From Naegleria gruberi (Eukaryota): a stretch of 1,060 nt of DNA. Location of the stretch: NCBI GenBank assembly GCA_000004985.1, contig GG739587.1. One strand, 5' to 3'. Both the position numbers and the translations under genes were made by a program. Under the pieces are notes generated by a model. It had not been told where the DNA came from, did not search any database, and was given only the letters and a program-made list of their open reading frames with translations. Shown one piece after another: positions 1-1,060 of the stretch. Position 1 is the first letter of the stretch, and each line of letters begins with the position of its first letter.

Positions 1-1
1 A

Positions 2-220
2 TATGGTATTTGTTATGAAAAAAAAAGTCAATTAATTTATCTAATTGATACATTTGCAAAGGCAGTTTATGTATTTAGAAAACATGATATGGGTCTAGTA
101 CATAAATGGGAATTGACTCAGTATTTATCTTCCAAAACATTATATGGCATTTCATTGAATCCAAGGAAGGGAGAATTATTTTTACCTGTTTCTGACCATT
201 CAGTTATAATTATGGAGTAA
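2..220 (+). CDS. 3' end (C-terminal 72 aa plus TAA stop) of a protein-coding gene that extends beyond the left window edge; product unknown. Translation: YGICYEKKSQLIYLIDTFAKAVYVFRKHDMGLVHKWELTQYLSSKTLYGISLNPRKGELFLPVSDHSVIIME*
   Basis: Plus-strand frame 2 is open from nt 2 to 217, with TAA at 218-220. The other two plus frames carry about 6-7 stops each over the same span, as expected in sequence this AT-rich. GC is about 28% over 1-220 (61 G/C by my count) and about 8% in the spacer that follows. The amino-acid composition is diverse and not low-complexity, and the codon choices match the downstream GST gene (caa Gln, cca Pro, ggt Gly, tta Leu). An AATAAA hexamer sits 24 nt past the stop. 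It is missing from the ORF track, presumably because it is edge-truncated or under the length cutoff. I recognise no homology by eye. Confidence 0.5.
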   Translation, partial: YGICYEKKSQLIYLIDTFAKAVYVFRKHDMGLVHKWELTQYLSSKTLYGISLNPRKGELFLPVSDHSVIIME

Positions 221-243
221 ACATTGATTTAATATTAGATTGG

Positions 244-249
244 AATAAA
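244..249 (+). terminator. Putative polyadenylation hexamer AATAAA for the plus-strand gene, 24 nt downstream of its TAA
   Basis: The sequence aataaa is at 244-249. The spacing from the stop is plausible, but such hexamers arise by chance in DNA this AT-rich. Confidence 0.3.
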
Positions 250-307
250 TTATTATTATTATTATTATTAAACAATTAACAATTATTTTTTATTATTATT
301 ATTATTA
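249..307. repeat. Two (TTA)n/(TAA)n microsatellite blocks (about 250-270 and about 291-307) forming most of the 89-bp convergent intergenic spacer (221-309)
   Basis: A direct read shows tattattattattattatta and then tattattattattatta, separated by aacaattaacaattattttt. The spacer is about 8% GC (7 G/C in 89 nt by my count). Confidence 0.9.
289..294 (-). terminator. Putative polyadenylation hexamer AATAAA (tttatt on plus) for the minus-strand GST gene, about 16 nt downstream of its TAA
   Basis: Plus strand 289-294 is tttatt, which reads aataaa on the minus strand. Chance occurrence is likely in DNA this AT-rich. Confidence 0.25.
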
Positions 308-309
308 AA

Positions 310-1060
310 TTAATAATATGGTTCTGAATCTCTTTCAGATTTAACAATTTCATTAACAATTTTTCTATTAAAAATTCTTTCTAAATATTTACCTAAAAAT
401 GGTAAATCTCTAGCCTTTAAATTCATATTTCTAGTCCAAGTAGCAACAACAAATAAATAAATATCAATAATACTATATTCATTATTACCTAAAATATATT
501 CTCTACCATCTTTTAATTCATTTTCAAATATTTTAAATTTTTCAAACATTCTTTCTTCTGTTTCCTTTTTAAGTAATTCTTCTTGTTCAATAGATTTAAC
601 ATAACGATGTGAATAATAATAATGATATGAATCATTTTGTAATGAATTACAAATTAAAGACATCCATTGATGAAATTTTGCTCTTTTTTGTAAATTATTT
701 CTATTTGGTTCTAATTTTCCATTTATAAATAATTCACTTAAAAAGTAACAAATAGCTAATGTTTCATATATTACTATAATAGTAGGTTCATTATTATTAT
801 CATTTATATTATTATTATTATTATTAATATATTCAATTACTAAAGTAGGTACAATTCCTTGTGGATTTAATTTTAAATATTTTTCAGATTTTAAATCCTT
901 GACATCTCTTGATAAATTAATAATTTCAACTTGATGAATATTTTGAGTATTTGTATTATTTAATAATTCACCTAAAATAATACGTGGTATCATACCAGCT
1001 GTTGATGGTATACTATATATAGTAAATTTTAATGGTTGATTAATATCAATGGAAGAGTGG
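310..1060 (-). CDS. Glutathione S-transferase, bacterial beta-class-like (GstA-type), 5'-partial. The TAA stop is at 310-312 and the coding frame continues past the right edge. The ORF-track Met at 991-993 is internal.
   Basis: All GST landmarks are present in order. beta1 plus active-site loop: PLKFTIYSIPSTAGMIPRIILGEL (encoded 994-1035 and downstream), compared with E. coli GstA [22 protein letters not shown]. VDL..NPxGxVP motif: IINLSRDVKDLKSEKYLKLNPQGIVPTL (NPQGIVP = 847-867). ES-AI GSH-binding helix: IYETLAICYFL. C-terminal domain: RAKFHQWMSLICNSL, ELKDGREYILGNNEYSIIDIYLFVVATWTRNMNL and KYLERIFNRKIVNEIV, compared with GstA [49 protein letters not shown] and AFMQRMAERPEVQDAL. Upstream of the Met at 993 the frame reads HSSIDINQPLKFTIYSIPSTAG with no stop before the window edge. 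Confidence 0.9.
   Translation of the reverse strand, partial: HSSIDINQPLKFTIYSIPSTAGMIPRIILGELLNNTNTQNIHQVEIINLSRDVKDLKSEKYLKLNPQGIVPTLVIEYINNNNNNINDNNNEPTIIVIYETLAICYFLSELFINGKLEPNRNNLQKRAKFHQWMSLICNSLQNDSYHYYYSHRYVKSIEQEELLKKETEERMFEKFKIFENELKDGREYILGNNEYSIIDIYLFVVATWTRNMNLKARDLPFLGKYLERIFNRKIVNEIVKSERDSEPYY
790..825 (-). repeat. In-frame coding (AAT)n trinucleotide repeat encoding a poly-Asn tract (NNNNNNINDNNN, residues 57-68 of the track protein) inside the GST N-terminal domain
   Basis: Plus strand 790-825 is almost pure (att)n, interrupted once each by atc (Asp) and tat (Ile). The minus-strand reading is aat codons. It lies between the predicted beta3 (TLVIEY) and beta4 (TIIVIYE) strands. 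Confidence 0.9.

Noticed and set aside
18-26. The A9 homopolymer as a possible poly(A) remnant, retro-insertion mark or programmed slippage site
   Set aside because: It lies in frame inside the plus-strand ORF, where it encodes E-K-K (gaa aaa aaa). No flanking direct repeats or other retroelement hallmarks are present. It is at most an ordinary slippage-prone coding homopolymer.
249-307. Tandem repeats that could be mistaken for a CRISPR-like array or a regulatory repeat element
   Set aside because: They are pure 3-nt (TTA)n microsatellites with no spacer-repeat architecture. This is typical filler of AT-rich eukaryotic intergenic DNA.
430-600. Charged Glu/Lys-rich stretch (EQEELLKKETEERMFEKFKIFENELKDGRE) as a possible coiled-coil or separate domain
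   Set aside because: It aligns with the normal alpha5-alpha6 helices of the GST C-terminal domain (GstA: [28 protein letters not shown]). No extra domain needs to be invoked.
991-993. The ATG at 991-993 (minus strand) as the true translation start of the GST, as called by the ORF track
   Set aside because: The frame is open upstream to the window edge and there encodes the indispensable beta1/catalytic-loop motif. This Met aligns with an internal position (GstA Leu/Ala after the catalytic residue).
1013-1021. The minus-strand sense reads aaatttactatatatag|tatacca, which resembles an AT-rich intron ending in AG just upstream of the track's Met, and could imply an exon boundary there.
   Set aside because: The candidate AG lies inside the codons for T-I-Y-S of the conserved beta1 strand (KFTIYSIP). 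That strand aligns in frame and co-linearly with GST N-termini. Splicing there would delete beta1. It is coding sequence, not an intron.
1-1060. Whether the window is bacterial, given the beta-class GST, or contains a novel multi-gene system, mobile element, tRNA or ncRNA
   Set aside because: GC is about 20-28% in coding and about 8% in the spacer. There are poly-Asn AAT runs, AATAAA hexamers, and no Shine-Dalgarno-like purine tracts. All of this points to a eukaryotic amoebozoan-like genome. I see no inverted terminal repeats, target-site duplications, tRNA cloverleaf-compatible segments or further ORFs. The locus looks ordinary.

Overview
This is very AT-rich eukaryotic-style DNA. Codon usage (caa/cca/ggt/tta), poly-Asn encoded by AAT runs, and an intergenic spacer of about 8% GC against about 28% in coding sequence all point to a dictyostelid social amoeba. 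That assignment is inference from composition only. The window holds two convergent protein-coding genes separated by an 89-bp spacer made of (TTA)n microsatellite. (1) On the minus strand, a glutathione S-transferase runs from its TAA stop at 310-312 to the right window edge. The ORF track shows it as 310..993, but that Met is internal. The frame stays open through 994-1059 and there encodes the conserved beta1 strand and active-site loop (PLKFTIYSIPSTAG), so the gene is 5'-partial in this window. By eye it aligns along its whole length with bacterial beta-class GSTs of the E. coli GstA type. It carries a host-typical poly-Asn insertion in the beta3-beta4 hairpin of the thioredoxin-like domain. 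(2) On the plus strand, an open frame absent from the ORF track runs from the left edge (nt 2) to a TAA stop at 218-220. It is 72 codons long with coding-like composition, and is most likely the 3' end of an upstream gene of unknown function. Each gene has a plausible AATAAA hexamer shortly after its stop. I see no RNA genes, mobile elements, CRISPR arrays or signs of a multi-gene system. This looks like an ordinary housekeeping locus. The points most worth a second look are the bacterial-type GST in a eukaryotic setting, the mis-called start, and the overlooked short terminal ORF.
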